This document shows, in pieces, positions 30,306 through 44,762 of a stretch of DNA of 64,000 nucleotides. How positions within the stretch are numbered: the stretch's first letter is position 1; every line of letters starts with the position of its first letter. Both the position numbers and the translations under genes were made by a program. The DNA is from Eledone cirrhosa (Eukaryota). Location of the stretch: contig OZ024749.1 of the NCBI GenBank assembly GCA_964016885.1, forward strand, positions 24,862,001 through 24,926,000, written 5' to 3'. A model generated the notes under the pieces. It made no database searches. It was not told where the DNA came from and saw only the letters and a program-made list of their open reading frames with translations.

Positions 30306-30540
30306 TACCTATCTTCCGGCCTCTCTAGAGAATCGTAAAAGCACATATCGTTATATGCTTTTTCTATGAAAATTAGTAGTGGGCAGACTAATTTGCATAG
30401 AGCGTGAGTACGTACCGGTTCAACGGAGACGATAAAAACAAATAACGAAACGAAATTAAATTTCGTTTCGTTTGTAACTCACTTTTGTATGACTGACGCT
30501 TAAACAATTAAGTTGAAAATTTGGCTGGTATAAGCAGTGG

Positions 30541-31845
30541 TATACGATATACTGTACCTAGTTATGTGTTATACGATATACTGTACCGAGTTGTGTATCA
30601 TAAGATATACTGTACCTAGTTATGTGTCATACGATATACTGTACCAAGTTATGTGTCATACGATATACTGTACCTAGTTGTGTGTCATACGATATACTGT
30701 ACCTAGCTATGTGTCATACGATATACTGTACCTAGTTATGTGTTATACGATATACTGTACCTAGTTATGTGTCATACGATATACTGTACCTAGATATGTG
30801 TCATACGATATACTGTACCTAGTTATGTGTTATACGATATACTGTACCTAGTTATGTGTCATACGATATACTGTACCGTGTTATGTATTATACGATATAC
30901 TATACCGAGATATGTGTCATACGATATACTGTACCTATGTATGTGTCATACGATATACTGTACCTAGTTATGTGTCATACGATATACTGTACCTAGTTAT
31001 GTATCATACGATATACTGTAGCTATTTATGTGTTATACGATATACTGTACCTAGTTATGCGTCATACGATATACTGTACCTAGCTGTGTGTCATACGATA
31101 TACTGTACCTATGTATGTGTCATACGATATACTGTACCGTGTTATGTGTCATACGATATACTGTACCTATGTATGTGTCATACGATATACTGTACCTAGT
31201 TTTGTGTCATACGATATACTGTACCTAGTTGTGTGTCATACGATATACTGTACCTAGTTATGTGTCATACGATATACTGTAGCTGTGTATGTGTCATACG
31301 ATATACTGTACCTAGTTATGTATCATACGATATACTGTACCTAGTTATGTGTCATACGATATACTGTACCTAGGTATGTGTCATACGATATACTGTACCG
31401 TGTTATGTATTATACGATATACTGTACCTAGTTATGTGTTATACGATATACTGTACCGTGTTATGTATTATACGATATACTATACCGAGATATGTGTCAT
31501 ACGATATTCTGTACCGTGTTATGTATTATACGATATACTATACCGAGATATGTGTCATACGATATACCGTACCGTGTTATGTGTCATACGATATACTGTA
31601 CCGTGTTATGTGTTATATGATACACTGTACCTAGTTATGTGTTATATGATATACTGTACCTAGTTATGTGTTATACGATATACTATACCGAGATATGTGT
31701 CATACGATATACTGTACCTAGTTATGTGTTATACGATATACTATACAGATATATGTGTCATACGATATACTGTACCGTGTTATGTGTTATACGATCTACT
31801 ATACCTCGTTATGTGTTATTAAATCTACTGTACCAAGTTATGCCC
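30541..31845. repeat. 29-bp minisatellite, ~45 copies
   Basis: Unit ATACGATATACTGTACCTAGTTATGTGTC with variants in the CCTAGTT segment. Confidence 0.96.
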
Positions 31846-32433
31846 TAGAGTAGAGAAATGTAGTTTTTAGAATAGGGTTAACGGTTCCAATTCAGTTTTA
31901 TTACACCCCAGATTGAGATTTTGATATAGATTTGTGTGTAAATATGAGAATGAATGTTAGCCAAAAATGTTTTAGGAAACCAGAATCAAGTGAAAACAAA
32001 ATAATGATTTACTCTTTTAGCAATTTTAACTCATAATTCAAAATGTCGATGTTTAAAAACATTTTTTGAAAGAACATATATAATGGCGGTTATGTGTCAC
32101 TTCGTGTTTTACACTCATTTGTTGCTATTTTCATTCCTTCTATTTCAACATATAATGTAGTGTGAAGTTATGATATAATTAGAAAAGTAATACCATCTCA
32201 CAATGCTCAATATCAAGCTAAATATTCTGAGTATGAGGGAGAGAGAAAGAGAGGGAGAGAGAGAGAGTATGTGTGTATATATATGTGTATGTTTATAATA
32301 TATATATACATATATATGAGCGTGTATGTGTTTGCATATCTCTTCAAGTACATACACACGCATACTCATACACACCCGCAGAAACACGGGCACGCACAAA
32401 AATCACACACTCACGCACAGAGACAAGCCTACA

Positions 32434-32537
<104 letters not shown>

Positions 32538-33137
32538 TTTACATACGCACACGTATATTTATATATATATGCAATAAAGCTCAGTACTCCCCTGAACAAA
32601 GGAGCAACAATATTCGTTCATAAAAACACAATCAAAGCAGAAGTCTTATATAATCTTCAACAAATTATTCCTTCGTAAAATACCAAGGAATATTGAGTCA
32701 TCCATTATTCAACATTAGAAAACAAAAGAACGATAAAGATGGACAGAGCGAGAAGGGAAGAATTATAAAGAAAATCATACATTAAACAATAAAAACACAC
32801 AATAAGGAAAATACAGTAGAAATAGACAGGTCTCGAAATAAAATGGAGATTAATATTTCAAACCGCAAACAATATTTAAGTCAAAGAAACGAAAAAGTAA
32901 ATCATCATTTATCCATTCACAAATCCACACATACACACTTCTACAAACACATACAAATGCGTACACACTAGCACACAGGCATAAATGCACATACGTTAAT
33001 GCGCATACAAACAGACATACAAAAGCACACACAAACGCAAGCACAGAAACACATACACATACGATCCTAGACACACACGAACATACAAACACAATAACAC
33101 AGTAGATCACACAGAAGCATGCATCGTATATTACATA

Positions 33138-33183
<46 letters not shown>

Positions 33184-33308
33184 TAAGTGTGTGTATGTGT
33201 GCGTGCGTGGTTATACATTAATATGAAATTTGTTCAGAAGCGTACAGATGTGAGGGAAAACATTCTGTGAACTCATTATTCACACTTAAGTAAACAAACA
33301 AACGCATA

Positions 33309-33365
<57 letters not shown>

Positions 33366-33370
<5 letters not shown>

Positions 33371-34237
33371 ATATAGAGAGAAACACACAGATACATGCGG
33401 ACACATACATACACATGAATATATCCACATATATCCCTGAGTTAGTGGTACCAACCTCAACCGATGTTGCTCTATGAATAACTGGGACAAACCAATAATA
33501 ATGGATTAGACAAAAACTCTATATCTCTATCATGTAGTGTTTTTGCATAATATGCCACGAAACTACGTAGTCGGGGACTATAGAAGCAGCTTAGGTATGA
33601 TATATCTTATTACTAATTATATCTAATGTTTCTTCTCTCTTCATAATGTATTATATGCCTCTGATACTGAATCAGTCTAATCCATTCGGATTGGTATGTC
33701 CCAGTTATTCATAGAGCAACATCGATTGAGGTTGGAACCACTAACTCAGGGATATATGTGGATATATTCATGTATATGTATGTCCGCATGTATCTGTGTG
33801 TTTCTCTCTATATATTGTTTATAACTCCCTTTGGTCGAGTAACCTTTGAAGTGTAGTGACTACTGGATAGCTACCATTACTCATACTTCTCGCCTCCTCA
33901 ACCCACCTCTTCTACGGCTTTGATATAAATAACCCCTCCGCCTCCGTGGTATTTTTTTCAGGGTTATAAGGGGCTTAGCCCTGTTTCTTGACCGCTGTAT
34001 CACCTGTTTGACTCCCCCTCCGCCTTTTCGAGATTCTATCTCGCGCATCACAGACGTGTTTTGAAACCCTTAATGAGGTATCCTCTTGATAAGTCGGCAG
34101 AACCTCACAAAAACTCTATATCTCTATGATGTAGTGTTTTTGCATAACATGACGGAGACTATAGAAGCAGCTTAGGTATGATATATCTTAATACTAATTA
34201 TATCTAATGTAAATTGTCTCTTCATAATGTATTATAT
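33366..34237. mobile_element. Non-coding element with nested inverted and direct repeats (pLTR-like)
   Basis: Inverted 33366-33496/33690-33818 and direct 33510-33656/34107-34237. Flanked by (TA)n. Confidence 0.65.
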
Positions 34238-34570
34238 AAATATATATATATATTTATATATAATGTATATATATTAATGGCTGTGTAGGATTCTATTGTC
34301 GTGTGATAGCTTGTGATTGGTATGGTTTTTATGGTATGTATATGTGCTGGCTTTTATGTATGCATGTCTGGTGTGTGCGAGTTCTCTACCAGAAAATAAT
34401 ACAACCTTATCTCAGATATTTGAGGAATTAAATAAACATGAATAACTAAACATTAATATGTATATATATTTACACATACACGCATTTATATATAAATTCA
34501 TATATATATATTTATATATATATATATATTTATATATATATTTATGTATGTATATATATATTTATATCTA

Positions 34571-34634
<64 letters not shown>

Positions 34635-34668
34635 TATTTATATATATATTTATATATGTATATATATT

Positions 34669-34701
<33 letters not shown>

Positions 34702-35217
34702 GTGTATATATATATATGTATATATATATATATTTATATATATATGTGTGTGTATATATATATATATATATGTGTGTGCATATACATGGGTGCATGTGTA
34801 TGTATATGCGCAGGGACATAGAAATAGTCGGGCTGGACACCCGATCAAGCGGTTAAACCACTGGGAGTGAAAGCTTCCTACTCTTTGTCAGAGAATTCTT
34901 CTAGGATAAGGCAACTCAGGAAAGTGGGATAACTCCGATATAAAACCTGCGTAGTTACCGATGATGTTGATCTTTTCTTCTTTTGGGGTTATATCTACTG
35001 TCGCTCAGGGAGTGGGATTGGCTCAGTGCACCGTCTTTCCTCACTTTATAAAAATATCTTCACGCACAGGCATTGCACGACAGAATTAATTAATATTTGT
35101 TAATAATGGTATATCGTGCAATAGCCATACTCGATAACGAGGGGCAGCCATCATATATATATATATGAATATATATATACGTATGTGTTTCTGTGAGTGG
35201 GTCTGTATATATATACA

Positions 35218-35464
<247 letters not shown>

Positions 35465-35629
35465 ATATTTATATATATACATATATTTATATATATACGT
35501 ATATTTATATATATATACATATATTTATAGATATAGATATATATACATATATTTATATATATATACATATATTTATATATATATACACATATTTTCATAT
35601 ATATACATATATTTATATATATATATATA

Positions 35630-37611
35630 CATAGTTAAGAAAGCCACAACAATGCAGAGGGAAATCTCGAGGTAGGAAGTGAAAGATAGATAGGAAAAAC
35701 AGGTGAAAGTGAAAATTGAGAGAGACAAAGATGAAAACAAAACAAAGGTAGAAGGGTTACCGTAGTGGAGATTTAATCCCAATATTTCGGGCTCACGCCC
35801 ATCAACGGGGGAAAGTTCCAAAAGGGAGGGAACAGGCCAAGCGGAGAAAGTTGTGATGTCGTTAAGACAGGAATGCCGTTATGGGGAGAAAATTATTTAA
35901 AATTTAAACGAGGGAAAGAATGCGCGTGCGCGTGTAGGCTGTGGCAAAAGCTACTGACCAAATGGGATAAATCAAGAGGGTGCGCTAGCGTGTGAAAGCC
36001 GTAAGATATGTGTGTGTAAATATATATGTGTGTGTAACTGTGTGTGTATAAGTGTAAGTGTGTATATGTGTGAGTGTGTGTGTGTGTGAAAGATAGTGGG
36101 CTGTAGAAGCTGGAAATCAAAGGGTGTGAAAGGTGGTAGGTTGTAAAAACATGTGTGCGTGTATAAATATAGATGTGTGTGTGTATGCGTATGGGTATGC
36201 ATATACGTGCGTGTGTGTGAAGATAGCAGGCCGTAGGCTGTGAATGGTCACTATGGTTAAGTTAGCCATGTCAGCTCATTTCTATCAGCCCGGTTGTTAA
36301 GTGGGGGTCTGAGGTTCTTAATAACAAGTGCTTCCTTTATCCTTAAGGATCCGATGCTGCGTTCAGTCGCTAGGACTGTGACCAAGGGTCTACCCTGTGG
36401 GTTTCCGCATTTAAGGATGTGTTTACGGAAGGAAGATGCGTTGGTGTTGATATGTTCCTTGATACGAACATGTAGGGGTCGGATGGTGCTACCTATGTAA
36501 AACTTGTTACATTTATCGCATTGAATCTTATATACGACATAGGTGCGTAGGCAATCTGCCCCCCGTATCGGGCAGTTGCTGAGGGAACACGTCCCATCTG
36601 ACTCGTCGGGTTTGTTGGAGAGGCATCTTCGCAGCGAAGGTCCTGTGTGGGCCAAATGTATGTCAAGTCCCTCCGTCCGTATGGCCCTGCGGATGGCGTT
36701 CGTGGTGTATTCACTCAGGTGGGGGATTTTAAAGAAGCACCTGCTTTTATTTAAGTTTCTAGTGGGTGTCTGTCTATTGGGTCTGGGGTCTCTAATTCCG
36801 TTAATCAGTCGCTTGGGATAAACATTAGATCTGAGTAGATTACGGAATTGCGTGGTATGGGTGAGACCACCCATCGGGTCGCTGCATCTGTTAGTGATCC
36901 GTGTCAGTTCATTTAGGACATAGCCTCTCTTAGCGTTGTTGGGGAGGGCTGAGTTATAATGCACAAATAAGTCCTTGCACGCTGCTTTGCGGTAGAAGGT
37001 GGTGTTTATGTCTCCTTCTTCCGAGATGTTGATACGGAAGTCGAGGAGGGCGAGTGACCCGTCTTCTCATGGGTGTTCGATGGTGAAATCGACGTGATGG
37101 TCAGTATCGTTGAAGATTTGGTGAATTTCATTCGCCATCTCCCGGGAAGAAGTAAGTATCAGGATGTCATCAACGTATCTGGAGTAGAAGGCGACGGCGT
37201 TGGGTTGGCAGGTATTGAGTGCCTTGCGTTCCAGGTGGTCCATGTACGAGATCGCAAGTATGCCGGACAGACTAGACCCCATAGGTAGCCCAGAGATTTG
37301 TTTGTACGTGTGGCCGAGGAAATTGAAGAGTTCCTTATCCACAACGAAGGAGAGGAGTTGGTGGATGTCCGTGTGTGTGAGTCCGAAGCAGTGTAAGTTA
37401 GATGCTCGGACTCGTTCGGTCAACAGGTCGACAGCTGGGGATGCTGGTACGGAGGTATAAAGGGCGACCCCATCAAGACTGAAGGCATAACCGTTGTCCT
37501 TTCTGGTGTTGGGCGCCAGATGGTGTAGTCGCTCCAAGACCTCCTTTGAGCTGCAGACGTGGGCTGGTAGTGTGTGTAGAATGGGTTTCAGTAGTGTGGA
37601 GAGCAGCCACG
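35630..37611 (-). mobile_element. 5'-truncated Penelope-like element including 3' pLTR region
   Basis: RT and GIY-YIG coding region 36257-37611 followed by non-coding 3' region with an HHR-like motif at 35778-35811. Both ends abut (TA)n. Confidence 0.9.
36257..37611 (-). pseudogene. PLE reverse transcriptase + GIY-YIG endonuclease with in-frame stop
   Basis: [40 protein letters not shown](TGA at 37067-37069)EDGSLALLD, then VVYKIQCDKCNKFYIGST..LHVRIKEH and KEALVIKNLRPPLN. Confidence 0.92.
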
Positions 37612-37708
<97 letters not shown>

Positions 37709-37910
37709 TATATACATATATTTATATATATATACATATTTATATATACATATATTTATATATATATATATACATATATATATAGTATTAATAATAAATT
37801 TGAAGACTAAAATCCAAAGAGGGCTCGATAAGGATAAATATATATCAAATATATAATAACCGTAGTGCAAATATTTATATATATGCATATATATATATAT
37901 ACATATATGT

Positions 37911-40786
37911 CTAAGGCGGGTAAAATTCCCGAGATCCATGGACGAGTTCTCTCCAGCGGTCTCTGTCCCTCATTATCGCTGCCATGTCCTGAATCTCCAA
38001 CAGACCAGTGTCTGTCCTTAGGGCATCAACATACGTTAAACTTGGTCTTCCTCTTCTGGTGTGTCCATGTAGGGGCTCCCAAAGGAGCACTGAGTGCAAT
38101 GTCAACTCTGGATGTCGGTGAGCATGTCCAGCCAACCTCAGTCTCCTCTGTGTCACTTTTGAGATGACTTTTGTGATGCTCCCATACAGCTCTGAGTTTT
38201 TCATCCTCAGTGTATACTGATTAATGTTCAGAGTCATCCTCAGCATTCTCGTGTAGCACCCATCCACCATCTGAGTGAGTTTCTTGGTCAGTGTCCAAGT
38301 CTCAGACCCATACAGCAGCACAGACTCCACTACAACATTCAAGAGGTGGATTTTCAGGTCTCTACGAAGGTCCGACTTCCACACCGATCTCAAGCTGTAG
38401 CACGCCGCCCAGGCTTTGCTCTTCCTCTCAACCACATCATCTTCCGTATTCCCAATCCTTGCTCCCAAATACAGTAAGTCCTCAACCAATTCCAGCGGCT
38501 TCCCGCCTACATTAGTGATCCCCTCTGGCTTCTCAACATTCTCTACCAGATATTTTGTTTTAGTCTCATTTATTCTCAGCGCCACACTCATCGACACAGT
38601 CTCAACCTCTCGCATCAAATCCTCTGCCTCCTTCACTGTATTTGTCACCAAAACTATGTCGTCGGCAAATTCAGCATCCGATACCTTTTTCGCCCTAACT
38701 CTCCTGCTCTGAGCCGGTGCTACAGAAAACCAGAGTCCTGGTGTTTCTCCAGTGCAAGGCGCATACAAAATCCACTACGATGACAAAAAGATAGGGAGTC
38801 AATGTATCTCCCTGGAGCACTCCAGCCAGTATCTCAAGGAACTCTGTCATCCCATCAGGTGTAATGACTTGGGCTTTGGTGTTGGTGTAGAGCAGTGATA
38901 TCAGGTCCACCATCTTCTTGGGGATTCCATAAGCCTGTAAGATGTTCATCAGGCAGTAACGGTCCACAGAATCAAAGGCCTTCCTAAAGTCAATGAAAAC
39001 CATGACCGCAGGAAGGCACTTTGCTCTAGCTCCCTCTAATATCCTCCTCAGCATCAGGATGTGACTGGTGGTTGATCTACCCTCTCTGAAGCCGTTCTGG
39101 TTGTCCCTGAGCCTCTTCTCCATCTCAGGCTGGATCCTGTTAAGAATCATCCTGTTGAGGGTCCTTGCCACAAGTGACGTTAGTGAGATCCCCCGGTAGT
39201 TGTTGGTGTTAGAGAGAACTCCCTTCTTTGGCACTGGGACGATGTTACTGATCCTCCACTGATTCGGGGCGACTCCTTTCTCCAGTGCCCCGTTACAGAA
39301 CCTCAGGATGATATCATCAAAATCACACCTCTTCATCACCTCTGATGCCACTCCATCTTCTCCATGAGCCTTGCCCTCCTTGCCCTCTTCTTGGCTCTCT
39401 GAAGCTCCTCTCTGGTGAAGGGCTCTGTCTCAACATCCAGTTCCTGAAACAGCCGCCTGATCTCTCCAGTGCTCTGGGCTGTGGAGGGTGGCTCTCCTAG
39501 TAGGGTCCTAAAATGGTCTAGCCGTTTCCTCTTCCTATCCTCGAGCCCCGTTCCCTGGATCTGACTCGAACACCTTCTCTTCCTCCCTGTGATCTCGTTA
39601 ATGATCATCCAGCTCTCCTTACATCCAGATCTGTCAACCGCTCTCTCCACACTTCTGATCTTCTCTATCAGTGCCTCCTCTCTGACCTCAGTGTAAGCGG
39701 TACAGAGCTCTTCCCTCATCACCTCCACAGTCTCCATCCTCTCCTCCGTAGGATCAGCATAGAATTGGTCCCTGGCAGCTTTCAGGTGTTCTCTGGCTGC
39801 ACACACTTTTGGGTTTGCAGAGCTGACGTGCTTCCCTTTATTCTTTTTCCTCGGCACCAGGGCTTCACTTGCTTCCGCCACTGCATTGGTAAAGTGCCCG
39901 TACCTCTTCGTCACACTCTCCTCAGTCCATCCAATCTCTCTCTCCTCTGACTCTCCACACAGAGCACTAAACCTGTTTCTCACTTCCACTGTGAACCTCT
40001 TCTGTAGCTTATCATCTTCCTTGAAAGCTCCCCAGTCATAGATTGTTCTCCGGGGCTGAGCCTTGCTCTTTCTTAAGCTCACGCGGACCTCACTCATAAC
40101 AAGTCGGTGGTCACTACCCAGTGTACTGAAATAGCTGTATGGTTCCGTGTTCAGAACACTATTCCGCCACTTTTTCCTCACCAGAATGAAATCAATCTGG
40201 GACTTGGACAGGTGCATATCTGAAATGTAGGTCCACATCTTCCCCAGATTCTTCCTAAACCTTAGGTTGGTCGCCATCAAGTTTGCCTCCAGCAGGGTGT
40301 CTCTCAGTAGTCTTCCATTTCGGTTGGTGTTGTTATGGAAGTACCAGCAAGGATCTTCACTGCCCTCCTTACTCAGGTGTGCATTGAAGTCCCCCAAAAC
40401 AAGCAGGATATTGTGTGCCTGAGTGGTGTTGACAGCTCTACACACCTCCTCATGGAACTCCTCTGCATTCACATCGCTGTCCCCCTAGGTTAGACTATAG
40501 GCTGAGATGACTGTCAGTCTTGGGTTTCCATTGAAGGTCACCCTCAACACTCGCGGGGAGATAGGCATTATTTCCCTCACCAACAGATTGGTTTTTGCAC
40601 TGAACACAAAACCCACTCCTCCTACTGCAGCATTTGTTGTGTTCTTCACTGCCGATGTAGTGATGAGCTGGCTCTTCTTCCCAATCATGACACTCCTCCC
40701 GGGTTCATCGTGTAGAATCCTGTGTTCTTGGATCGCAAGTATCTGTATACCACTCTCCTCGAACAGATGTCCCAACTCCTCTCTCT
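37911..40786 (-). mobile_element. RTE-type non-LTR retrotransposon, 5'-truncated, disrupted single ORF (AP endonuclease + RT)
   Basis: APE motifs [33 protein letters not shown] motifs NYRGISL, QNGFREGRST, FIDFRKAFDSV, GVLQGD, FADD, LLYGSETW. C-terminal RRGRP..TYVD. One stop (40485-40487) and two frameshifts (about 39345 and 38760). Confidence 0.93.
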
Positions 40787-40851
40787 TATATATATTTATA
40801 TATATATATTTATATATATATATGCATATATATATATATACATATATATGG

Positions 40852-40887
<36 letters not shown>

Positions 40888-40946
40888 GTACGTACATATA
40901 TAAACATATGTGTATATATGTATATATATAAATGTATGTATATTTA

Positions 40947-41010
<64 letters not shown>

Positions 41011-42039
41011 GTGTGTGTGTGTGTGTGAGTGTGTGTGTATGTGTGTGCTTGTCTGTATGGGTGTGAGTGTTGGTGTGTGTGTGTATGTGCGTTTTGATGA
41101 TTGCAGATTATACATTATAGTATACATTATTCACACAATAGCATTTATGTATCATAAAGTGTGCAAATTTCCTTTCTAAATTACTGGCTATAAATGTCAT
41201 TAGAAGAGCGGTTAAAGATCTTTATTCCTCGTCTAGGATAGTAAATAACCTATTGCGAAGACTCGGCTATCACAGAAACAGGACAATTAGTAGAGAACGC
41301 GTAAAGATTCTCATTCAGATTTGTTAAGACTGAAAAAAAAATATCCCAGGATATCCGCAAAACAATGGACGTAAAAGACTTACAAAATAAAAAGTAATTC
41401 CTACGAAATAAGCAAAGAAAAACAACCAAATATCTCAAACTGATATATGCAAATACATACAAACTAACGCAAATATATATCAATACACATAATTACACAC
41501 GATGTCACACAGATATACACCATCTCACACAGATGTATATACACAAGTTTATAGAAATATGCGCACATACATCCAAACTAACGCAATTATACGCATATGC
41601 ACACACTTACAGAAATATATGCTATATACACAACCCATACAAATATACGCATATACACAAAACCAGACACAAATATACGCATATAGACAAAACTTCACAC
41701 ACATATTATACGCATATATATACAAAAACCCACACTATATTATATGCACATATATACACATATGTATGCCTATACACACAAGCCCACACAAATATATACA
41801 CAGAGCCACACAAAATTATACACATATACACAGAAACACATATATAAATACACCATATACACACATATATACGCAAATACAGACACGAACTCACACAAGT
41901 ATGAACGCATACGTCACAAATGCGCTCACACACACGCACATACTGACAGTCTCACACAAAAACCCGCATTTAAAAAGAAACCGCAGCCATTGTTCTTGTT
42001 CAATTAGCAGTGTTATTACGTGTATTCTTCTTATTATTA

Positions 42040-42992
42040 TGGCTGTATCGGTAGAGGGTAGGACGCCATGCTTTGACGCATAGAGTTACGGCCCTCGCAA
42101 TTCTGAGTTCAAATCCCGCCGAGGTTAACTTTGCCTTTCATCCTTACGGGCTCGATAAAATAACGTACCAGTAATACACTGGTTATTTCCTGGCCTTGTG
42201 CCAAAAGTAGAAACAATTATTATTATTATTATTATTCATGCGCCTATAGGCTAGATAACTGAGGAGAGGGGTGCTCTCCCTGGGGGCACTAGAAGCGCAG
42301 GGTGGTTCAGGATTGATGGGGTACCTGAGTCACCTCTGGGTCGTCCACCCCCTATAGGGGAATTTATTTTGTTATAGTTATGCATAGTTTATTTTATATA
42401 TTTATATCTTCATTGTTAAATTAGTCTTGCCATTGTGCACTTTTACTCGACCTTATTGTAAACCCTCACTGTCCCTGTCTTTGTATTGTCCCCTACATGT
42501 CGGCCCTTATGGCTAATAAATGAAATCATTATTATTATTGGTACAGGGTCAGACATACTTTCCAGCATAGTTACGTCCCTTTACGATCTGACTTCAAATC
42601 CCGCCGAGGTTAACTGTGCCTTTCATCCTTACGGGGTGGCTTACGGGGTGGTTAAAATAAAGTACCAGTAATGCACTGGATAATTACTGGCCATGTGCCA
42701 AAAGTAGAAACAATTATTATTATTACCGGGTAATTGCTGGCCTTGTGCCTAAAGTAGAAACAATTATTATTATTATTATTCGTCTTCTTATTATTAAGGC
42801 GGTGGATTGGCAGTATCGGTAGAGGGTCGGACGCCATGCTTTGACGCATAGAGTTACGGCCCTTGCCATTCTGAGTTCAAATCCCGCCGAGGTTAACTTT
42901 GCCTTTCATCCTTACGGGGTCGATAAAATAAAGTACCAGTAATGTATTGGTTAATTTCTGGCCTTGTGCCAATAGTAGAAACAATTATTATT
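42040..42992 (+). mobile_element. SINE cluster (three copies) interrupted by a probable LINE 3' end at about 42240-42538
   Basis: SINE head/core at 42040, 42540 and 42798. The insert ends in CCCTTATGGCTAATAAATGAAATC(ATT)n. Confidence 0.8.
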
Positions 42993-43589
42993 CGTCTTCT
43001 TCTTCTATGAACTTTATCACAATTATGTCTCGGAGTGTAGGAGTGTGTCTTTATGTACGAATATGAAATGCCTCCTTTACCAATATAAAATGTCTACTCA
43101 CCATTGGTATCTCCAAATAGCTCCATCATAATAACATTTTCACCACTTCTCAACTCCTAGAAAATATCTGCCACACATACACACACACACACAGACACAC
43201 ACACACACACAGACAGACACAAACACACACACACAGACATACACACAAACACACACACACAACCGCGCAAAAACACGTCCACAAAAACATATATTACGTT
43301 ATCTCCTTATAATATATAACCAGCAACTTCTCTGTCTGTCCGACAGTTAAAACACGTGCGCGCGTGGTTGCTATCTCTCTCTCTCTCTCTCCAGCTATCC
43401 CTCTCTTTTAGTCTGTCTATTTCTCTCACTCTCACTCTTTCTCTTTGTAACACACTAATATTCCTCCCCTCTATCGCTGTGACGAATGGGGAGATGGAGA
43501 AGGAGGAGGAGGAGGAGAGAGTCATTTCGTTACTTCACCTCTGCCTTTCTTTCTCTCCCCTCTCACTCCCTCATTACGTACAGACATTA

Positions 43590-43782
43590 GGGCGGTGGAT
43601 TGGCAGAATCTGTAGAGAGTCGGACACCATGCTTCATAGCATGGAGTTACGTCCCTTTACGGTCTGAGTTCAAATACCGTCTAGGTTAACTTTGCCTTTC
43701 ATCCTCACGGGGTCGATAAAATAAAGTACCAGTAATGTACTGGGTAATTGCTGGCCTTGTGCCAAAAGTAGAAACAATTATT
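43590..43782 (+). mobile_element. tRNA-derived SINE
   Basis: GGCGGTGGATTGGCAGAATC head, B-box, core and tail. Confidence 0.88.
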
Positions 43783-44264
43783 AGAAACATTGCTTCATTT
43801 TTACATATCTAAGCATTAGTAAAATAACTAATAATTTCAATTGCAATTGTTATGAACAGCAAAACATTAATAATAATTTTATTCTAAGAAATATATATAC
43901 ATTTATGTTTGTGTAATATATATATATATACACACACACAGAAATATATATACATTTCTGTGTGTGTAATATATATATATATACACACAGAAATATATAT
44001 ACATTTCTGTGTGTGTTATATATATATATATACACACACAGAAATATATGGGCATTTCTCTGTTTGTCTGTCTGTCCTTCCCTAAAACTCAAAGTAGGTG
44101 CTACAGAAATATTACCTTCCCCTTCCTTTCTCCAATTTGGTACTATCAAGAGAAACACTGTCGCTATAGAAACATTACCTTCCCCTCTCCACTGACTTTG
44201 GTCACTGAGGCCGAGGGAATTGTTGGTTGCTATAGAGGCGGTTCTGACTTGACACCATGCCATG

Positions 44265-44762
44265 TCTACTTATAATATATAATGGGCATTTCTCTGTTTG
44301 TTTGTCTGTCTGTCCGTCTGTAAAAAATGCCAAGGAAACAAATAGACGCGGTTTCAAATATCTATGCTTCTCAAATTCATTACATTAATCTTTATTTATA
44401 CGTTTCGCTTTACGAGTGTTTCGACTTACGAGTGTTTCGGCTTATCATTATATATAAACGTTTCTATTTTCATCGTTTTATCGTAAACGTTTATATATTT
44501 CCATCGTTATATCATAACGTTTATGTATCATAACGTTTATATTTCCGTCACTAATCTCTTTTTCTCCTTTTTCGTTTTAACATATATTTATTTCAAAGAT
44601 TTCACCGTATAGATAACATATATATTTATACATGCATAAAAGACATACCGAGAGAATGTGAACATGTGGTGCCGAAAACATTTATCATCCAAATCTCAAC
44701 AATATCAGTATATACACTAGATTTGCTAGCAGAAAACCGCCCACCGGGTGGTTTTCTGCTAG
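44265..44762 (+). mobile_element. Non-autonomous Helitron-like unit 1
   Basis: 5' TCTACTTATAATATATAA plus (CTGT)n. 3' hairpin CTAGCAGAAAACC...GGTTTTCTGCTAG ending in CTAG. Confidence 0.7.

Noticed and set aside
30541-31845. CRISPR-like array (29-bp period with a variable part)
   Set aside because: Units are contiguous, the variable parts are point variants rather than unique spacers, there are no cas genes, and the context is eukaryotic. The same applies to 23227-24939.
37067-37069. In-frame TGA in a PLE as selenocysteine
   Set aside because: Selenoprotein PLEs are described in the Naiad clade with an N-terminal GIY-YIG. This element has a C-terminal endonuclease, the position is not a conserved Cys, and no SECIS was recognised, so a nonsense mutation is more likely.
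42259-42300. Hammerhead at CTGAGGAG...GAAG
   Set aside because: GAAG instead of GAAA and no stem I or III; lies in a probable LINE 3' end.
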